Source of the DNA: Nanobdellota archaeon
Lineage (GTDB): Archaea; Nanobdellota; Nanobdellia; Woesearchaeales; GW2011-AR4
Reading direction: 5' to 3'
Assembly: GCA_038046385.1 (NCBI GenBank)
Contig: JBBSWH010000009.1
Location: forward strand, 32,001 to 96,000
Length of the DNA stretch: 64,000 nt
The notes under the pieces were generated by a model, which saw only the letters and a list, made by a program, of their open reading frames with translations, was not told where the DNA came from and searched no databases. This document shows, piece after piece, positions 19,737 to 30,244 of the stretch; the stretch's first letter is position 1, and the number at the start of each line of letters is the position of its first letter. The position numbers were made by a program, and so were the translations under genes.

Positions 19737-21398
19737 TTAGTTTCTGATTACTTTATAGATATAAACCTCATCTTTGCGTTTTGGATCTTCCTCATCGTAA
19801 AATTGGCTATAATCTTCTTGGATAGTCGCAATAAGCTTGAATTTGTCAGGGTTGTTTTTAACATATTCTACAGTTTCAAGCTTATAACGGCTTTTTTGGC
19901 CGTAAGTGTAGTAGTATCCGAATATGTAATAGCTTACATTATAATATTCAATCATGTAATCTAATTTAGCCGGATCCGGATAAGATCCTACAAGTTTATT
20001 GTCTGTCAGGTAGATTAATTTTACTTCATACCCCTGAAAGCCCATCAACACCGCTTTACTGTCGATATTTTTGTTTATATAATCTATAGTATTCTTGGAT
20101 GTCGGATAGACATCATTAAAAAAAACAAAGTGCGGATTATTTAAAATCCAGAATGGCACCAGCATTAACAGCAAAACAGCTATTACTGCAATAATCTTAT
20201 CTATCTTTTTGCTTAATCCTAATTTATTTAATAGCAAAAATAATCCAAGGGCAAGCAGATAATAAAAAGTTATATAGGAGATATACAAATATCTTGGAGA
20301 GATATAGGAAGCCTGGAACAGCGGGATAATAAATATGCTAAAGATTCCAAGCACATATAAATTGCCGTTATTATGGATTTTTCTTTTTCGGATAAAACTA
20401 AAAACTAGGTGAAAGATTCCGTAAGATACTATTAATGCAAGCGGCAGGTAAACCAAAAACATATAGGCAATATGGAACGGGTGCAAGAGATACTTCATTG
20501 AACTGAAATTAAGCCCGAGAGGTATGGGGACCGGCTGCAAATTAAAGAGGTATCCAAAATTAAATGCCAATCTTTTAACTGTCGGAACAGTCCCCTCAGG
20601 GAAATCAAAAGAAGAGCTAAAGTCCTTAAAAAATCCAGGGTAGGTTGCAGATAGCAAGCTTAGGTCATCGGTTTTTATCGGAGTTCCGCCTGGGCCGTTT
20701 GGATAGTATTCATATTGGGAATACTGATAGTATTTTACAAGAATCCATGAGCCAAAAAATAATGATGTCACTATTAATGGAAGGATTGCATAAGCTATGC
20801 TCGTCTTTTTATTTCTAAAGAACAGGTAGGACAATACAAATGCCGGAAAAAGGAAAAGGGTGTGGTCTGTGGTTATTCCCACCAAGCCGCCAAACAACGA
20901 AGAGGCGACAATTGATTTGTGATTGTTGAATTTAAGCCCCTTAACATAATAATATAGGGCCGACATTATCAGCATAATGGCAAAAGACTCCATTAATACC
21001 TGGGTAGAAGCGATTATCAACGGCACAGATAATGTATAGAATACCAATACCATAAAAGTCAGGTTAAAATTATCAGTCAGCATCATAAAAAATTTATACA
21101 AAACAAAGAACAGGATTACTGAAGAAAGAAAACTGACCAGCATAGCTGCTGTATAGTCCTGCGGAACAAAAAAATCAAATATATGTATGGCATACGGATA
21201 TAAAGGCGAATGAAGCAGGTACATCTGATCGTTGTATAATTTATGATAAGGAAACTGCTTTGCAGTTTCCAGCCATTTATAATTATCAGACCCAAACAAA
21301 AAAGTAGGGAAATCCACAAACAATCTCAGAAGAACAAATACCAGAAATAATGCAATAAGAAGGTTTCTTTTACTATAAAATGCAGATAATCTTTTCAT
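19737..21398 (-). CDS. GT-C (PMT/ArnT-like) membrane glycosyltransferase
   Basis: LR..D...GSDNY...HSPLY N-terminal loop, QVLMES and PRYL, with multiple TM helices. Confidence 0.65.
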   Translation of the reverse strand: MKRLSAFYSKRNLLIALFLVFVLLRLFVDFPTFLFGSDNYKWLETAKQFPYHKLYNDQMYLLHSPLYPYAIHIFDFFVPQDYTAAMLVSFLSSVILFFVLYKFFMMLTDNFNLTFMVLVFYTLSVPLIIASTQVLMESFAIMLIMSALYYYVKGLKFNNHKSIVASSLFGGLVGITTDHTLFLFPAFVLSYLFFRNKKTSIAYAILPLIVTSLFFGSWILVKYYQYSQYEYYPNGPGGTPIKTDDLSLLSATYPGFFKDFSSSFDFPEGTVPTVKRLAFNFGYLFNLQPVPIPLGLNFSSMKYLLHPFHIAYMFLVYLPLALIVSYGIFHLVFSFIRKRKIHNNGNLYVLGIFSIFIIPLFQASYISPRYLYISYITFYYLLALGLFLLLNKLGLSKKIDKIIAVIAVLLLMLVPFWILNNPHFVFFNDVYPTSKNTIDYINKNIDSKAVLMGFQGYEVKLIYLTDNKLVGSYPDPAKLDYMIEYYNVSYYIFGYYYTYGQKSRYKLETVEYVKNNPDKFKLIATIQEDYSQFYDEEDPKRKDEVYIYKVIRN

Positions 21399-21477
21399 GT
21401 AAAAATAAGGATTAACCCAATATAAAAATCTTTTCCTTTTTTCGGTTTTTCTGAAAATTTTTAGATTTTTGGTAAAT

Positions 21478-22734
21478 CTAATTTATAATTCTTGGCTCAG
21501 GCAACGGCACAATGAATTTTCCCTTAAATCCTTTTGCTTTTAGTTTTGGAATAAGCTCGTCTGCAATATGCCAAGAAAGCAAAAGCGCGTAATCCGGCTG
21601 GTCATCAAATAACCTTGATTCCTCTACAACCGGTATTAATGTCCCCGGCATGTATTTTCCAGTCTTGTGCGAGCCCTTGACTTCCAGGACACAGTCAATA
21701 ATCCCGTCATCCAGCCCAACATAATTGATAAGGGTGCTTGCCCTTGACGGGGCTCCAATTGCATAAATCTTCTGCCCTTTGCCTTTTATCCCGAGCAAAA
21801 GCGAATAAAGCTGCATTTTCGACAAAACAACCCTGTTTTTGAATTCCATCAATTTTTCTTTTTTAAGAACTACATTTTTTTCCTTATCGAGAATTTTTTT
21901 AACAGAATCCCTGGCAGGATATATCCCCTTTCTTGATGCATAAACCATTATTGAGCCGCCGTGAGTAGGAATCTCTTTTGCATGAATCACTTCAAGCCCA
22001 TGTTTTTCAAGAAGGAACTTCAGGCTGTGCAGAGAATAATACCTTAAGTGCTCATGATAAATTGTATCATACTGAAGAGTCTCTATAAGCGGCAGCAGAT
22101 AATGGGATTCTGAGATGAAAATTCCATCTTTTTCAAGAATTTCCAGCACCAGTTCGGTTATTTCATTTATGTTCTCGATATGCGCAAAAACATTTGTAGC
22201 TGTTATTGCCTTAGCCTTTCCGTGCTCATTTTTTGCTTTATCAACAACTTCTTTTCTGAAATAATCAATTATTGTCGGTATTCCTTTTTCAATTGCAATC
22301 TTCCCAATCTCTTCAGGGGTTATTCCAAGAACTCTGTGATTGCCTTTAAAATTACTCAGGAGGTTTCCGTCATTTGAGCCGATGTCTATGACTAGGTCAT
22401 TTTTTTGGAGATTTACTATTATTTTGCATTCCTGATAAAGCTCTGCAAAATTCTCTCTCAATATTTTTGTCGTGCTGCTTGTATAAGGGTAGCTTGCTGG
22501 AAACAATATCTTTGGGTCCACTATCAATCCGAGCTGGACAAGATGGCAGTTTGTGCAGTATAAGACTTCAGCAGGATAGCTTGGCTGCTCATCCGGCCTT
22601 TCGCCTATTGTTCGCATCTGGTTTACAGGCGGCATGTAGCCAAGGAACATAATAGATTCTAATTGCGTGCTTTCACACACTTGGCACTTTACCACTACAA
22701 TGCTAGATCCTGAGCCGAAAGCTTTTTTTCCCAT
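21478..22734 (-). CDS. NDP-sugar C-methyltransferase (zinc-binding, class I SAM)
   Basis: CQVC...CTNCHLVQL, DIGSNDG, YDTIYHEHLRYY, THGGS and GAPSRAST motifs. Confidence 0.88.
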   Translation of the reverse strand: MGKKAFGSGSSIVVVKCQVCESTQLESIMFLGYMPPVNQMRTIGERPDEQPSYPAEVLYCTNCHLVQLGLIVDPKILFPASYPYTSSTTKILRENFAELYQECKIIVNLQKNDLVIDIGSNDGNLLSNFKGNHRVLGITPEEIGKIAIEKGIPTIIDYFRKEVVDKAKNEHGKAKAITATNVFAHIENINEITELVLEILEKDGIFISESHYLLPLIETLQYDTIYHEHLRYYSLHSLKFLLEKHGLEVIHAKEIPTHGGSIMVYASRKGIYPARDSVKKILDKEKNVVLKKEKLMEFKNRVVLSKMQLYSLLLGIKGKGQKIYAIGAPSRASTLINYVGLDDGIIDCVLEVKGSHKTGKYMPGTLIPVVEESRLFDDQPDYALLLSWHIADELIPKLKAKGFKGKFIVPLPEPRIIN

Positions 22735-22745
22735 AAGATTAAGAT

Positions 22746-23285
22746 TTATTTTTTAAAATCCCATACCCCAAGATAATACCTTTTCAATAAATATGTTTTT
22801 TCCTGTGCAGGCTCTCCCAAGTATACTCTCAAGGCAGAAGGGGTTATTGCCCATAAATGCCCCTGTTCCCATATTAAAAACCTGAACAAAGTAAAGAAAG
22901 GCTCATTTGGCACAGTGATTATCAGCCTTTTTTTTGTTACTCTTTTTAATTCCTGCATCGCTTTAATCGGGTTTTCAACATGCTCTAAAACTTCAGAGCA
23001 GATTACATAATCAAAAGAATTGTCTTTGTAAGGGAGCTTATGGATATCCCCATACTCAACTCCCTCAGAAGGATCAATATCTACAGCCCTGTATTCCATT
23101 CCCTTCATCTGCACTTGGTCCTTTAAGTAAGGTGTCCTGCAGCCAATATCCAATACATTTTTTCCCTTTACGACAAACTCCATTAATTTTCTTCTTCTTA
23201 TTGTCGATATAGCATCGGATATCAGTCTAAATAACGGAGTGACTATCTTATATATCAATGGAATTTTTTGTTTACTTTTTACCAT
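22746..23285 (-). CDS. Class I SAM-dependent methyltransferase
   Basis: VLDIGC, LPYKDNSFD, SEVLEHV and ITVPNEP motifs. Confidence 0.85.
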   Translation of the reverse strand: MVKSKQKIPLIYKIVTPLFRLISDAISTIRRRKLMEFVVKGKNVLDIGCRTPYLKDQVQMKGMEYRAVDIDPSEGVEYGDIHKLPYKDNSFDYVICSEVLEHVENPIKAMQELKRVTKKRLIITVPNEPFFTLFRFLIWEQGHLWAITPSALRVYLGEPAQEKTYLLKRYYLGVWDFKK

Positions 23286-23345
23286 AAGCTACCTCATAAA
23301 TATAAATCCTTTTCAGCCCTTCTTGTATAAATCCGGCAGTTATTT

Positions 23346-24347
23346 TTAAATCTTCCCGCTATTCCAATTTATCTTTCTGGCTTTTTCAGCATTGTCATTA
23401 TACCATTTGACTGTTCTGGCCAAGCCGTTATCAAAAGATATTTTTGGCTTATATCCCATCTTTTTTAATTTTACTATGTCGGGGCATCTTCTTGGAGTGC
23501 TTCCCTTCAGAACATCTGAAGGCATAATTTCAACATCTTTTCCAAAGCATTTTCCGATTTTTTTAGCAACATCTGTAATTGAAATCTCTTCCATTGTCCC
23601 TATGTTGTATGTATTAAGATGCATTCCCTTTTTGAGCATAATCATAAGGCCGTCTGTAAAGTCATCAATGTAAACAAAAGCCCTTGTCTCTTTTCCGCTG
23701 CCCTGTATTGTAAATTTTATTTTTTTTGAAGTGTCCTTTTTACACAAATCCTTCATTCTCAATGACATTTGCGGTATTACATGCTCCCATCCCATGTCGG
23801 GCCCATAAACATTGTGCGGCCTGAAAATCAAAACCCTGTTAAAATGTTTTCTTCCATAATTTATTGCCATCATCTCGCTTATTATCTTGCCTGCGCCATA
23901 AGAATATCTTGGATTGGCAGAGTCTGGCACAACCAAAGCCGCATTCTCATCTGTAGGCACTTTTTTTGGTGTCTGGTAAACCTCAGAGCTTGAAGCAAGA
24001 ACAAGCTCCTTAACATTTTCTTTCATACAGCCGTCAATTACGTTAATAATCCCCTTTACTCCGACTTCAAGCACGAGTTCCGGCATCTTATAGAAATATT
24101 CTGTTCCGTTTATGTAAGCAAGATGTATTACGCTGTCCATTCCCCTGCATGCCTTCTGCACTTCATCTGGATTTCTTATGTCTCCTGCAACAAGCTCAAT
24201 TTTATCCTTGATGCCCGCAAGCCTTGAGGATACACCGCGTAAATCATTGTCAAATACCCTTACAAAGTTTTTTTCCTTAACGAGCCTTTTTACAAGAGCG
24301 CTTCCTATAAAGCCCGTGCCGCCAGTCACTAGATATTTTTTAGCCAT
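23346..24347 (-). CDS. NAD-dependent epimerase/dehydratase (extended SDR)
   Basis: TGGTGFIG, ASSSEVY, catalytic YGAGK, RPHNVYGP and RRCPD motifs. Confidence 0.9.
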   Translation of the reverse strand: MAKKYLVTGGTGFIGSALVKRLVKEKNFVRVFDNDLRGVSSRLAGIKDKIELVAGDIRNPDEVQKACRGMDSVIHLAYINGTEYFYKMPELVLEVGVKGIINVIDGCMKENVKELVLASSSEVYQTPKKVPTDENAALVVPDSANPRYSYGAGKIISEMMAINYGRKHFNRVLIFRPHNVYGPDMGWEHVIPQMSLRMKDLCKKDTSKKIKFTIQGSGKETRAFVYIDDFTDGLMIMLKKGMHLNTYNIGTMEEISITDVAKKIGKCFGKDVEIMPSDVLKGSTPRRCPDIVKLKKMGYKPKISFDNGLARTVKWYNDNAEKARKINWNSGKI

Positions 24348-24374
24348 CTTATTTTATGTTTTAACTTCATTATT

Positions 24375-25154
24375 CTATCTTGCTGTGCTTTTTGGAATCC
24401 TGACTATTGTTTTTTTTATTCCGGTTCTTTTCATGTTTTTTATTCCCCAGAAAAACCATTTTAAATATTCCTTGAACCACGGACCTAGGGAAAATGTTGA
24501 GCTTCCTCCGTAGAGCCGGTCTATTGATACTATCGGAACTTCTCCAAGCTTCATGCCGGCAGCCTGCGCTTTTATTGCAAGCTCAAAGACAACTGCCCAG
24601 CCTACAGGGCTGGCTTCCAGCCTGATTGTGTTAAATATGGATTTTCTGAACATTTTGATTCCCGTAGTTGAGTCTGTAAGAACAGAACCCGACATCAGCC
24701 GGAAAATTCTGTTTCCTGCCCTTGACAAAAGCCCCCCGATAAAAGATCCTCCAAGGCGCCTGCCTCCGTAAGCGTATCTGGTGCAGCTTACAAGATCGCA
24801 CCCTTCGTCCATTAATTCAAGCATTTCTTCTATTGCGAGGGCAGGCCCTACTTCATCGACTGCAAAAATAAGGATATATTTTCCTTTTGCCCTGTTTACT
24901 CCGGACCTTATTGCATTTGCAACTCCTCTTCCAAGGCTGTTATAAACGAGATTTACGTTGCTAAACCTTGGCCTTAGCCTGCTGACTGTGGCAATGCAGT
25001 CATCATCTTTTGAATCATAGATAACAAGAATTTCATGGGGAACCTCTATGACAACAGAGAGTATCTTCAGCATTATCTCTACATTTATGCCTTCATTTCT
25101 TACAGGCAATAATATAGACAGCTTAGCTTTTTCCTTCACATACTGCATTAACAT
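24375..25154 (-). CDS. GT2 glycosyltransferase
   Basis: ILLPVRNEG, GVANAI, DLVSCTRY, DSTTG and DRLYGGSS motifs. FAVDE replaces the usual DxD. Confidence 0.85.
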   Translation of the reverse strand: MLMQYVKEKAKLSILLPVRNEGINVEIMLKILSVVIEVPHEILVIYDSKDDDCIATVSRLRPRFSNVNLVYNSLGRGVANAIRSGVNRAKGKYILIFAVDEVGPALAIEEMLELMDEGCDLVSCTRYAYGGRRLGGSFIGGLLSRAGNRIFRLMSGSVLTDSTTGIKMFRKSIFNTIRLEASPVGWAVVFELAIKAQAAGMKLGEVPIVSIDRLYGGSSTFSLGPWFKEYLKWFFWGIKNMKRTGIKKTIVRIPKSTAR

Positions 25155-25158
25155 TCAC

Positions 25159-26253
25159 CTATTTAAGAAATTTCCTAATATGGCTGCAAACTTCATTTAT
25201 ATCTTCATCTGAAAGCGTGAATGCGGACGGAAGCCACAATGCTTTTTTCGAAAGCGATGTGCTGTTTGGAAATTTGTCATCAGGAAGCCTGTATGGCTTT
25301 TGCGTGTGAATCGGGTGCCAGAATCTTCTGCATATAATTTTTTTTGACAGCAAATAAGAGTCAAGATCATCTCTTTTTTCTACAATGGCGTCAGTCCACT
25401 GTGGAACTTCCCCGTTTTTTATGTCAAAATCAAATAACTTAATGCCTTTAACCCCTTCAAGGCCTTTCCTGTAAATCTCATTTATTTTTGCCTGCCTTTT
25501 TACCCTTTTATCAAGATAATGCAGCTGCCCCAAGCCGACAGCAGCCTGCAGATCAGTGAATTTGAAGTTATATCCTATTGAGTTATGCATGTCATCCCCG
25601 CCAGTGCCCCTCACAGGCCTGCCGTGGTCCTTTATCTCGATGAGCCTTTTATGAAGCGCATCGTCATTTGTTACGATAACTCCTCCCTGTCCCATTGTTA
25701 TCGTCTTGTGGGCCGAAAAGGAAAAACATCCTGTTGCGCCGAAAGTTCCGAGATACTTATTATTGTGCTTTGACATTAGGGCCTCTGCAGCATCCTCAAC
25801 AACATGCACATTATTTTTTTTGGCTATTTCTATAATCTCTTCCATGGGTGCGGCCCTTCCTGTCACGTGCACCGGAACGACAGCTTTTGTCTTTTTGCTT
25901 ATTGCATCCCTGAAGGATTTTGCGCTTATGTTAAGATCTTCTTTATTGACATCAACCAGCACCGGCTTTGCGCCTGTCATTTCCACTGCATTTGCAGTTG
26001 CTATGAATGTGATATCAGGCACGATAACCTCGTCGCCATGGCCGACGCCCAACGCCTTCAGCGAAACATAAATTGCAGCAGTGCAGCTTGTCACAACAAC
26101 CGCGTGTTTGCAATTGACAAGCTTACATATTTCTTGCTCAAATCTTGCAGACATCGGGCCTTCGTTCGGGAAGCTGCTGTCAAGAACTTCTTTTATGTAT
26201 TTGTGCTCTTCTTTCCCTATTTCAGGAACCCACCATTTTATAGGATTTGGCAT
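25159..26253 (-). CDS. DegT/DnrJ/EryC1/StrS sugar aminotransferase
   Basis: VEDAAEA, FSFSAHKTITMGQGG (PLP lysine) and GYNFK motifs. Confidence 0.92.
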   Translation of the reverse strand: MPNPIKWWVPEIGKEEHKYIKEVLDSSFPNEGPMSARFEQEICKLVNCKHAVVVTSCTAAIYVSLKALGVGHGDEVIVPDITFIATANAVEMTGAKPVLVDVNKEDLNISAKSFRDAISKKTKAVVPVHVTGRAAPMEEIIEIAKKNNVHVVEDAAEALMSKHNNKYLGTFGATGCFSFSAHKTITMGQGGVIVTNDDALHKRLIEIKDHGRPVRGTGGDDMHNSIGYNFKFTDLQAAVGLGQLHYLDKRVKRQAKINEIYRKGLEGVKGIKLFDFDIKNGEVPQWTDAIVEKRDDLDSYLLSKKIICRRFWHPIHTQKPYRLPDDKFPNSTSLSKKALWLPSAFTLSDEDINEVCSHIRKFLK

Positions 26254-26774
26254 TATAATATTTTCTTCAGCTTATTATGCTGTTTCAGCACATTTGCTTT
26301 ATTTCTTTTTCTGATGAATCTTATCGGAATCCCTGCATATACTGACCAAGGCTTAAACTTAAAATTCGACGGCACAAAACTCAATGCCCCTATAACGGTG
26401 CCGTCCGGTATGGTGTTTTTCGGCATAATAACTGAATTTGACCCAACAGCGCACATATTGCCTATTTTAACATTTCCGGCTATTAAATTTGATTTTATAT
26501 TTTTTGCATTCTTAGGCACAATAATCACCATATCATTAACAAAATCGTCGCTTGTACACCATATTTTTACTCCAGACGACAAGCTGCAGAAATCTCCCAA
26601 GCTGAACTGCATTTCTTTGCCACCGGCAATGCTGCAGCCAGAGGCGATATGGGAACACTTGCCCACTTTAACCTTTGCTGAAAAATAGCAATAATCGTCA
26701 ATTATTGAATAATCTCCAACAAAGAAATTTTCAGGGCACCTTATTCTGATATTTTTTGATATAATCGGTTTCAT
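26253..26774 (-). CDS. Hexapeptide-repeat acyltransferase
   Basis: Left-handed beta-helix repeats and C-terminal VYAGIP. Confidence 0.85.
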   Translation of the reverse strand: MKPIISKNIRIRCPENFFVGDYSIIDDYCYFSAKVKVGKCSHIASGCSIAGGKEMQFSLGDFCSLSSGVKIWCTSDDFVNDMVIIVPKNAKNIKSNLIAGNVKIGNMCAVGSNSVIMPKNTIPDGTVIGALSFVPSNFKFKPWSVYAGIPIRFIRKRNKANVLKQHNKLKKIL

Positions 26775-26778
26775 AAAA

Positions 26779-27963
26779 TCAATTCCTTTTTATGGTGTTC
26801 CACAGGTCGATTACAACTTTGCCTTTAGGAATAAAAGTGGATTTGTATGCCGAGTGAGGGACTCCAATGATTATAATTTCACATTCCTTAATGAGCTTTT
26901 CTTTAGTGATAAAAGTAGCATCTTTCACGAATTCATCAGAATAGTAAACCTTAGCCCCATGAAATCTAAGTATCTTGCCGAGCTTGTAAGACAAAGAGTC
27001 TCTTATGTCGTCTATGTCCGCTTTAAATGCCATTCCAAGTATGCCGACTTTTTTCTTTGAAATGTCATATTTTTTTCTCAAATCGTCAACAATGAAATTT
27101 GGAAGCCCCTCATTTACCATCATTGCAGCGTGCCCAAGAAGAAAATTATTGCTGCTGAAAGCAGAAAGCTGCATTGTGTCTTTGAGAAGGCATGGGCCTG
27201 CTGCAAATCCAGCCCCGGGCAATGAATGCGCCCTTTCATAGCTTTCTCTCATTGCATACCTTACCTTGTCGTAATCAACCCCAAAGTTATTTGAAATAAT
27301 GTAGAACTGGTTGGCAACTGCAAATTGGATATAGCGCCATGCATTTGAGAAAAGCTTTACAAGCTCGGCTTCTCCCATTGAAGCCGGTATTATTTTTGGA
27401 GATATTCTTCCGAATAGTTCAGAAGCTTCTTTTACAGCATTGCCGCTCATGCCTGCAACTACCTGCGGCAGCCCGTTTAATTCCTTGACAGCATATCCCT
27501 GCACGATTCTTTCCGGGCAATATGCTATGTTCCAATCTTTTCCCAGAAGATTCTGGATTTGCCTGCATGTGTTTGGATATACAGTGCTCCTTATGACTAT
27601 AATCTGGTCTTTATTCAGATGTTTGCTTATTTTCTGGAAGAATTCAAGAAACTGTCTGGTTTTTGGATTGAGATATTCATCAACAGGAGTGCCAATCGCA
27701 ACAATAACACATTTTGCCTTTGAGATGGATTTTTCGTCAAGAGAAATGCTTAATTTTTTGTTTTGCAGGACTTTTTTCAATATAGAATCTGCACCATATT
27801 CTATGAAAGGCATAATCCCATTTTTTACAGATTCTGCCTTTTTCGGGTCAATGTCATAGAGGCATACACTTATTCCTTTGTCTGCAAAAACTATTCCAAG
27901 CGGCAGACCTACGTGGCCAAGACCGCCAACAATGACGACATCATATTCATAATTTTTAACCAT
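26779..27963 (-). CDS. Nucleotide-sugar dehydrogenase (UDP-Glc/GDP-Man/UDP-ManNAc family)
   Basis: GGLGHVGLP, RSTVYP, CPERI, GPCLLKD and AFKADIDDIRDS motifs. Confidence 0.92.
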   Translation of the reverse strand: MVKNYEYDVVIVGGLGHVGLPLGIVFADKGISVCLYDIDPKKAESVKNGIMPFIEYGADSILKKVLQNKKLSISLDEKSISKAKCVIVAIGTPVDEYLNPKTRQFLEFFQKISKHLNKDQIIVIRSTVYPNTCRQIQNLLGKDWNIAYCPERIVQGYAVKELNGLPQVVAGMSGNAVKEASELFGRISPKIIPASMGEAELVKLFSNAWRYIQFAVANQFYIISNNFGVDYDKVRYAMRESYERAHSLPGAGFAAGPCLLKDTMQLSAFSSNNFLLGHAAMMVNEGLPNFIVDDLRKKYDISKKKVGILGMAFKADIDDIRDSLSYKLGKILRFHGAKVYYSDEFVKDATFITKEKLIKECEIIIIGVPHSAYKSTFIPKGKVVIDLWNTIKRN

Positions 27964-28087
27964 AAACCAACCAAATTAGCACTATATCAACTCATTTTTG
28001 AATATAAGTATTCCTTTAAAAAACTTATGATTGACGCTTTCAGCTTAAAGCGAAAGTCTTTTAATAAACAAATTTTTTACATTATCA

Positions 28088-29383
28088 ATGGCAAAAACAA
28101 TTACTGTAGTGGGGCTGGGATACGTTGGATTGCCGGTTGCATGCCTTTGCGCAGAAAAAGGGCTTAAGGTCTACGGATTTGAAATAAGCAGCGAAAAAGT
28201 TTCTTCTATAAACAAATGGGAAAGCCCGATAAAAGATGACTACATCTCTGGCAAGCTTCTCCAGCTAAAAAGCCACGGCATAAAAATACACGCTACAACA
28301 AACCCGGCAGAGTGCATTCCATTTTCAGATGCAGTAATAATCTGCGTTCCAACGCCAATTGACAGGCACAACTCTCCAGATTTAACCGCATTGATGGAAT
28401 CAACAGCATCTGTTTCGAAACATATTAAGAAGGGAACTCTTCTTGTGATAGAGTCAACAATATATCCGGGAACAATTGAGGAGATTGTTTTGCCTATACT
28501 GGAAAAGCAAAAATTCGATTCCCATAATGATGATGTTTTTGTAGCTCACTGCCCTGAAAGGATAGACCCAGGCAACAGAAAATGGACAATAGAAATGCTA
28601 CCAAGAGTTGTTGGCGGAGTTACAAAAGAATCCACAAAAAAAGCAGCTGAATTTTACAGAAGCATAATCGAAGCTGATGTGATTGAGCTCAGCAGCGTAA
28701 AGGCAGCTGAAGCAACTAAGATAATGGAAAATACATTCAGGGATATAAACATAGCATTTGTCAACGAGATGGCGCAGAGCTTTGACAAAGCCGGAATCGA
28801 TATAATGGAAGTAATCAAAGGAGCATCAACAAAACCGTTTGCATTCATGCCGCATTATCCTGGTGCCGGAGTTGGCGGGCACTGCATACCTGTAGACCCT
28901 TATTATCTAATCGAAAAAGCCAAGCAAATAGGATTCAACCATAAATTCCTAAGCCTGGCAAGAGAGATAAATAACAGCATGCCGCATTATACGATACAGC
29001 TGCTCGAAAACGAGCTGCATAAGCTGAAAAAATCAATAAAAGGCGCAAAAGTCGGCGTTCTTGGGCTTGCGTACAAATCCAATGTGGACGACATAAGGGA
29101 AAGCCCGTCAGTTGAAGTAATAAATATTTTGAAGACAAAAGGCGCAGAAGTTTTAGTATATGATCCATACATTGCCAAGGAGAGCACAGCCTCAAGCCTG
29201 GATGAACTTTTGAGCCACAGCGACTATATTGTTCTGGTTACAGACCACGAAGAATTCAAAAGCATTGATCCAAAAAAATTAAAGGACAAGAAGATACATA
29301 TAGTAATAGACGGAAGAAACTGCCTTGACAAGGAAAAAATCAAGTCCATGGGAATATCTTATCACGGAATCGGAAGATACTAG
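28088..29383 (+). CDS. Nucleotide-sugar dehydrogenase (WecC/WbpA-like)
   Basis: GLGYVGLP, CVPTP, ESTIYPG, CPERIDPG, GVGGHCIPVDP and DDIRESP motifs. Confidence 0.93.
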   Translation: MAKTITVVGLGYVGLPVACLCAEKGLKVYGFEISSEKVSSINKWESPIKDDYISGKLLQLKSHGIKIHATTNPAECIPFSDAVIICVPTPIDRHNSPDLTALMESTASVSKHIKKGTLLVIESTIYPGTIEEIVLPILEKQKFDSHNDDVFVAHCPERIDPGNRKWTIEMLPRVVGGVTKESTKKAAEFYRSIIEADVIELSSVKAAEATKIMENTFRDINIAFVNEMAQSFDKAGIDIMEVIKGASTKPFAFMPHYPGAGVGGHCIPVDPYYLIEKAKQIGFNHKFLSLAREINNSMPHYTIQLLENELHKLKKSIKGAKVGVLGLAYKSNVDDIRESPSVEVINILKTKGAEVLVYDPYIAKESTASSLDELLSHSDYIVLVTDHEEFKSIDPKKLKDKKIHIVIDGRNCLDKEKIKSMGISYHGIGRY

Positions 29384-29388
29384 ATAAA

Positions 29389-30243
29389 ATGGCAAAAATA
29401 TGCATAGCCTGCAACAGCAAAAACAGCATAAAATTATTCAAAAAAACATCATTTCTAAAATATCCTCTTTATATCTGCGCATCATGCGGACTTTCTTTTT
29501 ACTATGCAGATGACAAAGACGTAGAAAAAAAATGCGATGAGTACTACAATTCCGCATACTGGGGCAGCGTAAGAAAAGATTGGGATGACCAGAGAAAGCT
29601 GATACTACCGATAATAAAAATAATGAGGATAATGAAGACAAAGCCGCTGCAGCAGATGTGGCATCACAGGCTTATGCAGAAGCACTCGGCATCGAAAGGC
29701 AAGCTTTTGGACATAGGCTGCGGCAAGGGAGAATTCATGATGTTCTTTCATCAAATGGGATATGATGTTGCAGGCATAGAGCCGGACAGAAACAATGCAG
29801 AACTTATCAACAAAAAGTTCAAAAGAGATGTGTGCATAAACAGCATTGCAGAAAAAGCAAAGCTAAAGGGCAAATACGACATTGTTTACCTGTGTCACGT
29901 ATTTGAGCACCTTATAAGGCCGGATAATTTCCTGAAGAACATGAAGAAAAACATATCAAAGAATGGAATGGTATTCATTGAGGTGCCAAACTGCGAAAAT
30001 CCAAGAATACTGGATAATTCAATAAAGCACCACCCGCATGTGTACAACTTCACTGCAAAATCACTGAAGAATCTTTTTGAAAACTGCGGCTATGAAATAC
30101 TCGAGATAGGGCCATATTCAGAAAAAAGAGGCAATTATGCATTGAAATTTTTTTTAATGGCGATGCAGCTTAATAATTATAGAAAAGCAAGCAACAAAGA
30201 CGGAGAAATGCTCATAGTGCTGGCAAAGCCAAAAAGACAATGA
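29389..30243 (+). CDS. Class I SAM-dependent methyltransferase with an N-terminal Zn ribbon
   Basis: CIAC...CASC, LLDIGCGKG, HVFEH and IEVPN motifs. Confidence 0.88.
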   Translation: MAKICIACNSKNSIKLFKKTSFLKYPLYICASCGLSFYYADDKDVEKKCDEYYNSAYWGSVRKDWDDQRKLILPIIKIMRIMKTKPLQQMWHHRLMQKHSASKGKLLDIGCGKGEFMMFFHQMGYDVAGIEPDRNNAELINKKFKRDVCINSIAEKAKLKGKYDIVYLCHVFEHLIRPDNFLKNMKKNISKNGMVFIEVPNCENPRILDNSIKHHPHVYNFTAKSLKNLFENCGYEILEIGPYSEKRGNYALKFFLMAMQLNNYRKASNKDGEMLIVLAKPKRQ

Positions 30244-30244
30244 A

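Noticed and set aside
25804-26688. 294-aa plus-strand ORF
   Set aside because: It is antisense to the well-supported DegT and acyltransferase genes and has no recognisable motifs. The same applies to the many other short shadow ORFs in the track.
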